Below are positions 12,772 to 22,154 of a DNA stretch of 64,000 nt, piece by piece. Position 1 is the stretch's first letter. Each line of letters begins with the position of its first letter. The position numbers and the translations under genes were made by a program. The stretch lies in IMG/VR virus record IMGVR_UViG_3300009034_000029. One strand, 5' to 3'. The stretch comes from an uncultured virus (IMG/VR IMGVR_UViG_3300009034_000029). Taxonomy: Duplodnaviria; Heunggongvirae; Uroviricota; Caudoviricetes. The notes under the pieces were generated by a model. That model had not been told where the DNA came from. It searched no databases and saw only the letters and a list, made by a program, of their open reading frames with translations.

Positions 12772-12885
12772 GGGAAGGACACAGGAAAGCATACGTGGGA
12801 GTTAATCCCATTGTCAGCGACGAGCCTACAGGGAGTAGGTGCGGTTCAATTCCGGACTCGTCGTATGTCCTAGATTGTCCTTTCC
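12772..12885 (+). ncRNA. Structured RNA closed by a BHB-like motif, containing a tRNA T-loop-like hairpin
   Basis: gggaaggaca/tgtcctttcc stem; cagg/ccta helix with aaa and gat bulges; gcatacg/cgtatgt; internal cgg-TTCAATT-ccg; followed by a T-run. Confidence 0.65.
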
Positions 12886-12904
12886 ATTTTTTTGTTAATA
12901 TGAG

Positions 12905-13693
12905 GTGACCAAGTTGGGCTGGACTAGTATGAAAACTGAGGAACAGAAGAAAGTAGAGATGGATGTAAAGCCAAGTGAGGTATTTACTCCTATTAAACAG
13001 GCTAAGAGGAGAAAAGGATTAAAAATTGCTATTGCTGGAAGGGAGGGATCTGGAAAGACTCACTTTGGATGTACTTGTCCTCCTCCGATTTATTTTATTG
13101 GGACTGAATTTGGAGTTGAGCAGGTGGCCAAGAAATTTAATAAGGAGATTCATCTCGTAGAGGCTGTGTATATTGATCCTAAGACTGATGAGATAGATCC
13201 CTTAAAGAGTTTAGATACAGTTGAAAGGGCAGTAAGGTCAGTAAGACATATTACGGAAGGGACTATAGTATTGGATACCGTTACTGCTATATGGAGTTGG
13301 CTTGGAGATTGGTTGAAGGTTATATATGATGCGGAGGTTAAACAGAAGAAGTTTTTCCAGTTCATGTGGGGACCTGCGAATAGACGATATGATGGTATAA
13401 TATTGAGATTGTTGAGTAGAGATACAACGGTTGTTTTTACTGGACAAAAAAGAGAGGTATGGATTGGGAAAGACAGACAGCCTAATTTATGGGAGCCAAA
13501 ATGGCAGAAAACGACTCCTCATTGGGTTGATGTGTTTATTGATATTAACAGTAATTTAAAAGCTGATGGAGGATATATCCACACGGCGAATATACCGAAA
13601 TGTAGGTTTAAGCAGTTGAATAGTGCGATGTTGGAGCCAATCACCTATCCTGCGTTAATAAAGAAGTTTGCAGAAGAGGGAGTTAAATGGTAG
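12905..13693 (+). CDS. P-loop ATPase (AAA_24/Sak4-like recombination ATPase)
   Basis: Walker A GREGSGKT, Walker B TIVLDT; downstream of the SSB-like gene. Confidence 0.75.
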   Translation: MTKLGWTSMKTEEQKKVEMDVKPSEVFTPIKQAKRRKGLKIAIAGREGSGKTHFGCTCPPPIYFIGTEFGVEQVAKKFNKEIHLVEAVYIDPKTDEIDPLKSLDTVERAVRSVRHITEGTIVLDTVTAIWSWLGDWLKVIYDAEVKQKKFFQFMWGPANRRYDGIILRLLSRDTTVVFTGQKREVWIGKDRQPNLWEPKWQKTTPHWVDVFIDINSNLKADGGYIHTANIPKCRFKQLNSAMLEPITYPALIKKFAEEGVKW

Positions 13694-13825
13694 CATGGTA
13701 TGTATCGAGAGATAGTGGGCAAACTGAAGATGATTCGAGAGTTTATACTGTTAGGGATACTGAAGGAATGATTGATAAGATGCTTGCTAATGCAAGATAT
13801 GGAGCTGTAATAACATCTGAGGGAT

Positions 13826-14104
13826 TTGAAGATCATGATATATGAAGTACAAGAGAAGTTATTAATTGAGGAATTGGCTAAACGATTACATAATGCTTGG
13901 TGGGAGGAATCTAAAAGACAACAGAGAAAATATTCAAGTATGATTCCTTATGAAGAGTTAAGTGAGGAGCAAAAGAATTTGGACAGAGCGTGTGCACATG
14001 CGGCAATAGTTTTTTTTGCTCAAATGAAATCAAAAGGTGTGTTGAGTCTTATTACGAATAAGCCAACTCCACTCCTTCCAAAAGGGAGGCATAGTTTACC
14101 ATGA
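13826..14104 (+). CDS. RyR (ryanodine receptor repeat) domain protein
   Basis: ELAKRLHNAW...MIPYEELSEEQKNLDR matches the RyR repeat consensus. Confidence 0.7.
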   Translation: MKIMIYEVQEKLLIEELAKRLHNAWWEESKRQQRKYSSMIPYEELSEEQKNLDRACAHAAIVFFAQMKSKGVLSLITNKPTPLLPKGRHSLP

Positions 14105-14868
14105 TGAAGACAGGATTAGGATTATGTTTGATAGGACCAGTCTCGTTACGACAGTTCATTGAGACTAATACAGATAGTCATTTCTTAATTGCAACGATTG
14201 CGAGTAAGGATGAGGTATATAAGAATTGGTATACTGAGTCTGATAGGTATAAGATTATTGATAATGGAGCTTATGAGGATAAAGATAGAAACCCTATGGG
14301 AAGTGAGGATCTTATAAGTATGGCTATTGAAACTAAATCGAATGAGATCTGTGCACCTGATAAGATGTTTAATAGAACGGATACTATTGTTAGGACTGCA
14401 CAGTTCTTAACGATATTATCAAGTGAGGAGAGAAAGAAATTTACTATTATGGGAATTCCTCAGGGGAAGGATGTGCCTGAGTGGATTAGTTGTTATAAGG
14501 ATATTACTTGTATGGAGGGTATAGATACAGTAGGATTGCCAATTTGGTTGGATAGGAAAGGAGGAAGACCTGCAGTAGTTGCATATATGTCTAAGAAGAA
14601 TATTTTAAAGGAAGGTATGGATCATCACTTGTTAGGATTAGATAGACCAGCTGAATTGTTTTGGTATTCAAACAATTCGGTTGTAAGGTCTGTTGACACG
14701 AGTTTACCTATATCATGTGCATGGGATAAGATAACTTTAAATCCAATAGGTGCTCCACCAAAACATAAGAGGGTGCCATTGATTAATTGTAATGATAAGA
14801 TTAATAGGAATTTATTGATACACAATGTGGAGGTGCTACGATATGCAGCGAGAGGATTCTCAAAATAA
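14101..14868 (+). CDS. dpdA: TGT-fold transglycosylase, DpdA-like (7-deazaguanine insertion into DNA)
   Basis: TGT/DpdA motifs IIDNGAYE, APD, IPQG, HHLLG, SVDTS; queE and queC in the same genome. Confidence 0.7.
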   Translation: MMKTGLGLCLIGPVSLRQFIETNTDSHFLIATIASKDEVYKNWYTESDRYKIIDNGAYEDKDRNPMGSEDLISMAIETKSNEICAPDKMFNRTDTIVRTAQFLTILSSEERKKFTIMGIPQGKDVPEWISCYKDITCMEGIDTVGLPIWLDRKGGRPAVVAYMSKKNILKEGMDHHLLGLDRPAELFWYSNNSVVRSVDTSLPISCAWDKITLNPIGAPPKHKRVPLINCNDKINRNLLIHNVEVLRYAARGFSK

Positions 14869-15622
14869 GACTGCGAGTGGCAAATGTCCATATTGTAATA
14901 AGAATATACATTTAAAAGCTGATGGGTTTGCTATTGGTGATAAAGCCCTATGTGGGGGTTGTAATAAAGTATTTTATATAGCAGGCGTTGAGGTGGAAGG
15001 TAAGGATATACGACTTACTACCTCAATATATAAATGGATTAGAGAAGGAGGTTAACATATGGTTAAATGTCCTTATTGTGAGGTAGAATTGAATCCTCCA
15101 GAGAAGCATAACCTGTTTGTGGATTGCAGTGCATGTGGGAAGTCATTCTATGTAGTGAAGACCGAAACAGGTTGGGAAGGTTCAAAGACTCCTCAGAAGA
15201 TATATAAGAAATCAAAAACAAGTTTGGTAGTAGAGAGTCCAAAGATTAAAACCGAAATTGAAAGGCCAAGGATTAAAACTGAAATCGAGCCAGCCGTTGA
15301 AGAGTAAAGGAGTGTAGGTCCTCGAAAGTTGCTGTTTCCATAATAGTTCACCTGTAAATCTTTCGTCACTTCGCTCAACTTAACGGTGGGTGATTGTATG
15401 CCAAGAAATGAACAAGAATTAAAAAAGGAATTGGAAAAGCACGGTATGCTTCTGGTAGCGGTGGGATTGATAGTTATAGCCCTTACGGGATATGCATCTA
15501 TTATTGGATATCTATCGTTAGCAGAAATGGCAATCATCATATTGCTGGGATTTCTTCTATTGAGTATCCGAGCAGTATTGATGTTATTGGCAACCATTGC
15601 AGAGATCCAGATAAGAGGGTAA
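14825..15622 (+). CDS. Two Zn-ribbon proteins (14825-15055, 15059-15307) and a small membrane protein (15398-15622)
   Basis: CPYC...CxxC pairs; two hydrophobic helices in the last ORF. Confidence 0.65.
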
Positions 15623-15623
15623 G

Positions 15624-16236
15624 TTGTCTCTTAGTACCACGAACCTGAGAAGGCAGGGTACTAGTCACTAGCTTTCGTGTCTTACGAATCGAGGACGCAA
15701 GTCTTACCGAGGAGTTTGACAAGGCCACAAACCTGAACAGTCACGAGCCGGTATATGTAGAGACATTTACATAGAGGCATATGCGTATGTGACTGTATGG
15801 CCACAATCTGACTTAGTGACGTGGGATACACGAGACTGAAATGCGACTTAGACACGTTTTGTCACCGCAAAACTTTTTTTGAGTCGCTTGCCCCACTAAG
15901 ACAGACACAGACCTGGGATACGCACAATTGGCACGGAGTGCAAATAGCACAAACCCGACCGGATCGGTTCACGTTGATAATCGAGGTTGAAAAGCCTAGA
16001 TGGGCTCGTGCTGTAAGGATTAGAAGGGTTGAAGAAACCTAGTACAATCCGCGGCGAGTTAAAAGTAGTCATTTAGGATCTAATATCGTGTCAGCACGGT
16101 ATTAGAGTACCTCGGCCAATTGGCCAACGCGATCCCTAAGGGAGTTAAGGGTTACCCCGTGGTGTGGGTGTGCAGTATCTAGAGTTAATGACTTAAACAG
16201 GTATTCGTGTCTCAGGGTGGATATATTAAGAGATAA
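15624..16236 (+). ncRNA. Large (~600 nt) highly structured ncRNA closed by a canonical bulge-helix-bulge
   Basis: 13-bp outer stem, ccac/gtgg 4-bp helix with gaa and ata 3-nt bulges, 7-bp inner stem; many internal hairpins; no convincing SD-led ORF. Confidence 0.75.
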
Positions 16237-16254
16237 TATAGGGGGTTTCTGTCA

Positions 16255-17012
16255 ATGAGTTCTCAAGAACGGATTTATAAGGTTTATGAGTTGATTAAAA
16301 GAAAACCTCGAAAGATAGAGGAAATTGCAGATATCTTACAGATCAAGCGTCGGACGGTAAGTAGTTATTTGAAGACATTAAGAAATTGGAAAATGGTTGT
16401 ATCGACAGCATTATTGGATGATGGCAGAGTAAAGATTCATCACACACCTAATAAAAAGCCTATATGGAGGATGAATGGAATTGGAATTAAGCAAGAGGCA
16501 TAAGTTCTTTTTAGAGGTATTTGGTGTCTGTATAGGAGCCGCGATAGTGTTTGGTAATTTCGTAACACTAGCGATTGTGTTAGTGTTTTTTGTAATATGG
16601 ATGATTATTGAATTTACATGGTCATTAAGAAATTTAATAATATCTTGGAAAGAGAAAAGAACGTCCAGGAGGCGTTTGCGTGGTGAATAAAAGACCAGTA
16701 AGTATTAAAAGAATGAGAACGGATAATGAATCCGCAGGCATAAAAAAAGGCACAATGGTAGTCTACGAATGTGGACATACGGAGTATAGTCTCGATCCGG
16801 ATTATAGACCAACATTTTGTCCGGCATGTAAAGTACAAACTAAAGAGACACAGGTAACAACTACTACGTCAGGTGCTACATTCATGACATATCCTTGCGG
16901 ATGTGTTGTGCAGTACTATAAAGGATTTATGGATGTTACGTTGTGTGAAATGCATAAGAAGATGTTAACCCAATACCCTGATGTGGGTAAGGCCCACATA
17001 CCGGAAGTTTAG
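16255..17012 (+). CDS. wHTH protein (16255-16503), small membrane protein (16475-16690) and Zn-binding protein (16680-17012)
   Basis: KIEEIADILQIKRRTVSSYLKTL HTH; hydrophobic segment; CGH..CPAC motifs. Confidence 0.65.
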
Positions 17013-17096
17013 TGGATTTTTTCCAACTCCGTTAGAAATTTCCTTAGATTTCCTCCTCAAGAATTTTGCCACTATCCGAAAGTAAAGGGTGAGCCA

Positions 17097-17765
17097 ATGA
17101 AGGTTACTAGCATATTCTATTCTGTTCAAGGTGAAGGACAGAGCTTGGGACAGCCTTCTGTCTTTCTGAGATTGAATGGGTGTAATTTGAGATGTAAGTG
17201 GTGTGATACGAAGTATACATGGGCTGAAAGTGATGGGAAGGATATGAATATATCTGAGATTGCTTTTGGTGAGATAAAGAAATATCCTACTGCTAATAGG
17301 TTGGTTATAACTGGTGGGGAGCCTTTAATGCAGGCTGATGAAGTAGAGAGACTTATAAATGTATTACGGGAACAAAAAGATTGGTGGGTCGAAATTGAGA
17401 CTAATGGGACTATATCGCCTACCTTTAATAGTCCGAATTTATGGACAGTAGCTCCGAAGTTGAGTAATTCAGGAGTACCAGATTTTAAAAGAAAGATTAA
17501 GCAATCATGGTGGGACTATAGTTCTACAGGTAAGCTTATAGTGTATAAGTTTGTTGTAAATGATCCTGAGGATTCATGGGAAATTTTTGAATTTCAACAT
17601 AAGCATGGAATACCTTCAGAGAAGATTTACGTTATGCCGGAGTGTATAACTGTTGAGAAGCATAATGAGAATTTATTGTTGGCTATTGAAATGGCGAAGA
17701 ATAATGGGTGGAGGGTTACTCCTAGATTACATATACTAGCATGGGGGAATATACGAGGTGTCTGA
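17097..17765 (+). CDS. queE: 7-carboxy-7-deazaguanine synthase (radical SAM)
   Basis: IFYSVQGEG, CNLRCKWCDTKY, ITGGEPL, IETNGT, PKL, PRLHI motifs. Confidence 0.92.
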   Translation: MKVTSIFYSVQGEGQSLGQPSVFLRLNGCNLRCKWCDTKYTWAESDGKDMNISEIAFGEIKKYPTANRLVITGGEPLMQADEVERLINVLREQKDWWVEIETNGTISPTFNSPNLWTVAPKLSNSGVPDFKRKIKQSWWDYSSTGKLIVYKFVVNDPEDSWEIFEFQHKHGIPSEKIYVMPECITVEKHNENLLLAIEMAKNNGWRVTPRLHILAWGNIRGV

Positions 17766-18619
17766 CGAAATTGGATTATTACAAAAACGCATTGAAGACT
17801 TATATAAGATAGTACTTGACCTGATCGATCTAAACCAATTAGACGCTACTGCAGGCTTGTTACCTGATTGGTTTGTAAAAGATCAGAGAAAGAAAAGATC
17901 AGAACGTCTACGAATACAAGGGTGAAAAAACATGTGTAGATGTGCAGTGTGTGGTGAATGGATATTTGGTAAAATAATGGAGCTACAACACCCAATACCT
18001 ATTCCAGAATCTATGTACCTACATTCTCTCGGTAGGAGTACTGAGACTATAAGAATTCTTTGGAAGAAATATACAGTACATGAAAGACATGTAGATGATC
18101 TAAAGAAGATATTAGAAAGATTAGATGATGTGGGGGAATTAGAGATGTCTGATAAAGTTAAACTTGTAATGCCTAAGAATATGATACAGGCAATTAGTGG
18201 AGCTATATCATTAGCTCGTGAGGCTGACGGTGTTATATTAGATGAGAAGCTATATTTGTCTTTAAAGAAGCTTGAGGAGGATTTCAATACATTAGTTGAA
18301 ACGGCTGGTGTAGATACTAATGTGTTTCTACAAAGATATAAGAGGTGAAAGATTAATGAAATCTGATGCACGAAAGACTCTTGAGCATTCGGTAATTTCA
18401 GGATTGTCAAAGCGAGCACATCTAACTGGGGTGGCTATTGATACAGCTCATATTATGATAGAAGACTTGCTTTGGGAAATCTTCCATAATCCGTCAGTAC
18501 AATGGGCGGCACGAAAATATATACTTGAGGTGAAAGACATCAAGGGGTAGCTAGGCGGTTGATCCGTTGATCCGAGGAATCAACTTTTTTACCCTTGCTG
18601 TCCACTAAAAGGTGATTAT

Positions 18620-19627
18620 ATGATAAGGAATGTGAAGAGGAAGTATGAGAAGTATCTTTTACGGTTAGGTAATGTTGTGTCTGTTGGAATAGGTTGGAAG
18701 ACTACAGCAGGTGTAAAGACAAGAGCAGAGTCAATAGTTGTAGGTGTTACGAGGAAGTTACCTGTAAGTGAACTGAGACAATCGGATGTAGTACCATTGA
18801 AATTAGATGGTGTTATGACTGATGTAGTTGAGGTTGGTATTATAAGTATACCAACAGCTATAGCTGATAGGAAGGAGAGAGTTAGACCTCTGAAGGGTGG
18901 TTATTCGATTGGGAATGTGAAGATAACTGCAGGGACACTTGGATGTATGGTGTTGAGAGATGATCAGAGGTTTATATTAAGTAATGCTCATGTACTGACA
19001 CCGGATCCTATGAAGGAGGAGTTGGTTCCAAGTGAGATATTACAACCAGGACCATATGATGGTGGTACGTTGGAAAAAGATTTAGTAGGACATGTTACTG
19101 AAGCCGAAGTAATTAGACCGATTGGAATTCCTGAATGTCCAATAACGACTGGGATTGTAGGGACGCTTAATAGGTTATATGAGACGTTTGGGAGAAAGAC
19201 GAGATTCGTTGCATTGTTGGAGGAAGTTGTGAATAAAATAGATGCTGCGATTGCATTAGCAACAGAACCAATAATACCGGATGTTGAGGGCATAGGTCCG
19301 CCAAGTAGACTATATGATGGTGCTTTAATGGGAAAGCCTGTTATTAAGTCAGGTCGAACGACTGGTATAACTAATGGAATTATAAGTGCTGTTGATGTAA
19401 TAGCTGATGTGAATTATGGCGGGATTAAGTTCGCGAGACTTGAGGAGCAAATAATGATTGAGTCAACAGAGGTTTTTAGTCAAGGTGGGGATAGTGGATC
19501 AGTTATATTCGAGGCTGGTGGTAGTCGTAAGCTATGTGGATTGTTATTTGCAGGTAATGAAGATGGTACAATGACGTATGCGAATGATATTTATAATGTG
19601 TTTGATAGATTCAAGATTCACTTATGA
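18620..19627 (+). CDS. Chymotrypsin-like (S1) serine protease with N-terminal prodomain
   Basis: GTLG, LSNAHV (His), IDAAIA (Asp), KSGRTTG, GGDSGS (Ser). Confidence 0.85.
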   Translation: MIRNVKRKYEKYLLRLGNVVSVGIGWKTTAGVKTRAESIVVGVTRKLPVSELRQSDVVPLKLDGVMTDVVEVGIISIPTAIADRKERVRPLKGGYSIGNVKITAGTLGCMVLRDDQRFILSNAHVLTPDPMKEELVPSEILQPGPYDGGTLEKDLVGHVTEAEVIRPIGIPECPITTGIVGTLNRLYETFGRKTRFVALLEEVVNKIDAAIALATEPIIPDVEGIGPPSRLYDGALMGKPVIKSGRTTGITNGIISAVDVIADVNYGGIKFARLEEQIMIESTEVFSQGGDSGSVIFEAGGSRKLCGLLFAGNEDGTMTYANDIYNVFDRFKIHL

Positions 19628-19727
19628 TAGAGGATGTGTAAAGCTGATCGGTTCAATACAATAAGGCGATATGATGACAGTTCAATTACTTGACTGTACA
19701 CATTGTAAGAAGGCACTTAGGAGTGAT

Positions 19728-20604
19728 ATGGATGTTAGATACAATATGGGAGTTTATAACTGATTTTGGTAGAGGTATAGGATTAGCAATATTCTTTGGA
19801 GTCTTAGGACTGCTTGGATTCTTATACGAAACATGGTATCAAACGAATTACTTGTATGCTTATGGAATTACTATAGAGCATCTGAGGACAATGAACTTTT
19901 GGTGGCTATTAATGGAGGAAGGTCCATTATTAGGTGCATGGTTAATTTTTGTGGTACCATGGATATCGTTTCCACTAATGGTGTTCCTACCTGCAATATT
20001 CGGATTTGTCTTAGGAGTGTGGTGGGATTGAAGAGAGAGTTAGAAATGCAGGCTAATATAATAGCGAAAGATATAAACACAACTGTGATGAATGGTAGTT
20101 ATAAAACTGCATTAGTCAAGATTAAGATGTTAACGCCATTACTGGAGGAATTAATTAAACATGATGGATAGTGAAGAATTTACAGTTGCATTTATTACGA
20201 TGGTACTCCTTGGTGTGATTTCTGTCGGGTTGTTTGATATGGTAATGTTGGTACCAGAGGTAAGTGCAATGTTATATTTCAATCCTGCATTTTACACGGA
20301 GTGTTTGACGTATATTGTGATGACATATATAATTATTGATGCCTCAAATGTAGAGGCTGGATTGATAATAATGTGGGTACTTCTCGTGGGTCTATTAGTC
20401 GGGGAAGTTGTCTACTGGACAGTAACAACTGATCCTTGGATGATAGAGTATTTTGGTATTCAGTGGTTATTCCATATCTATTTATTCCATCCGTACACTT
20501 CGGCGTTTGCATTGTCGTTGTTTGTATCGACATTAACTGGTGCCGTTATACATATGAATAATGGGAGTGATTATTATACCATTGTTGGTAATGACAAACG
20601 TTAA
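19728..20604 (+). CDS. Two multi-pass membrane proteins (~19728-20031, 20161-20604)
   Basis: Several hydrophobic helices each. Confidence 0.65.
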
Positions 20605-21529
20605 GGGATTATTTATTATTGATGAAGTATTCAATAATCTACTTGGTCAATGGCCGGTAGCTAATAATCTCGGACGAGGCTTCGGAGTGGATGTAAATGA
20701 AGACAATGGTCATGTTTTTGTTGGCACTGACAAACGTGTCATTGAGTTTACTCGCTCGGGCAAAAAGGTATGGGAGTTTACATATACACCATTTGTGGAT
20801 ATGCATAGTGTTCAGTTTACGAATGCTGGTACAATACTTGTCGCTGAGGCTAATTGTGACACTGCGTTCGAAATCAACAAACAAAAAGGTATAGTGTGGA
20901 AATGGTGGGTTAGAGATCATTTCGAACCACCAGAGTGGTATGATGAGCAAATAGAGATTAGTCTTTCAGGTGTATCGCATTCTAGACGCTGGACGCATAT
21001 GAATAATGCTTATAGGTTACCTAACGGTGATACGTTGATTACCATACATACATGGAGTGGATATCGTACTCCAAAACGGTATGGTGAGGTATTGAGAGTC
21101 AATCCATCTGGTATTGTTAAATGGCAGTGGGGTAAAGATGTCCTTAAAGGTGCACATGCAGTTAGGCCTTATAAGGATGGGTATCTTATTTGTGATACAT
21201 TGAATTCTAAGATACGGTATGTGACGGAGAAAGACGGAGAGGTTACCCATATTGATTTGGTTCGTGGAAATATGGAGTATCAGGTTAGATGTATAGAACT
21301 TACGGGCAATGCATTGTTTATGTCAACGACTACGGAGTATAAGATCTTTGGTATTCTTTTAGATGATCTCAGTACTGAACTGGATTGGGAACGTATGTGG
21401 ATATGGAAGATGCCAAGAATGTGTAGGCCTTATGGGTTGAAGTGGGTGAAGGAATGGAATACTGATTATACTGAGGAAGAGCAGAGGGTTGTTAGAAAAC
21501 AGATGAAGGAGTTGGGATATATTGACTAA
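20561..21529 (+). CDS. Arylsulfotransferase (ASST)-like beta-propeller protein
   Basis: Repeated G..VWEF/W propeller blades; HMNNAYRLPNGDTLIT and AHAV resemble ASST His motifs; start may be 20591. Confidence 0.6.
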   Translation: MGVIIIPLLVMTNVKGLFIIDEVFNNLLGQWPVANNLGRGFGVDVNEDNGHVFVGTDKRVIEFTRSGKKVWEFTYTPFVDMHSVQFTNAGTILVAEANCDTAFEINKQKGIVWKWWVRDHFEPPEWYDEQIEISLSGVSHSRRWTHMNNAYRLPNGDTLITIHTWSGYRTPKRYGEVLRVNPSGIVKWQWGKDVLKGAHAVRPYKDGYLICDTLNSKIRYVTEKDGEVTHIDLVRGNMEYQVRCIELTGNALFMSTTTEYKIFGILLDDLSTELDWERMWIWKMPRMCRPYGLKWVKEWNTDYTEEEQRVVRKQMKELGYID

Positions 21530-22154
21530 GGCTAGGATAATTATATGTCTCGAGAGTATGGATTATGATTTTCTGATGTCATGTAATGTACCGAATATTA
21601 AGGCATTAGATCCACACCCAGCTAAGTCGTGGGGTGGACATACGAGAGCATCTGTTCCTGCATTACTGGCTGGATTGATGCCAAAGTGTACTGTGAAGGG
21701 ATGTACAAAGCATGGCTATTTTAGATCTGGTCCTATGGAATTAGCAAGTTTCCATAAGGAAGGTGCATTATTTTTATATATACCAAACGGATGGATTTTG
21801 GAGTTAATTGATCATTATGTGAACTCTATTCAAAGAAAGCGGTTGATGTATTGGATAAATCATTTGAAGGATCAGCCCACAAAACAAATGGTTAAGGCCC
21901 TCCAAATGAATTTAATGGGACGTAGGGAGTATCTTGCATATCTCCACGTTATGGAAACACACTCTCCATTCTTCCCAAGTAATCCTAAGTCTGAGAATAG
22001 AAGGAAGGATGCGTTGGAGGAAGTAGATAAGATGATTGAGCCATTGTTGTTTGGATATCCTGAGGCTCAAGTTATTGTTACATCTGACCATGGGTTAAAA
22101 CATAATGAATGGAATGAAGGTGCATTTGATGTCTTTATTGCGACTAATAGGTAA
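21522..22154 (+). CDS. Alkaline phosphatase/sulfatase superfamily protein
   Basis: IICLESMDYD, T.ASVPALL, HVMETHSPF, VIVTSDHG. Confidence 0.7.
   Translation: MTKARIIICLESMDYDFLMSCNVPNIKALDPHPAKSWGGHTRASVPALLAGLMPKCTVKGCTKHGYFRSGPMELASFHKEGALFLYIPNGWILELIDHYVNSIQRKRLMYWINHLKDQPTKQMVKALQMNLMGRREYLAYLHVMETHSPFFPSNPKSENRRKDALEEVDKMIEPLLFGYPEAQVIVTSDHGLKHNEWNEGAFDVFIATNR

Noticed and set aside
12810..12870. Canonical tRNA gene
   Set aside because: A T-loop is present but there is no proper D arm plus anticodon arm; reported as tRNA-like ncRNA instead
15825..15915. Group I intron-like R/S words (gagactg ... agacacagacc)
   Set aside because: The P7 pairing is mismatched, a competing long helix explains the region, and no interrupted gene flanks it
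15821..16042. 73-aa ORF inside the large structured region
   Set aside because: No SD, atypical composition, and it lies across strong helices; better explained as ncRNA
17013..17096. preQ1 riboswitch upstream of queE
   Set aside because: Pyrimidine-rich spacer without the preQ1 stem and A-rich tail; more like a terminator
19622..19710. Possible C/D-box sRNA (ctga, atgatga)
   Set aside because: Terminal boxes are degenerate, spacing is atypical, and a small CxxC ORF from 19671 explains the sequence equally well
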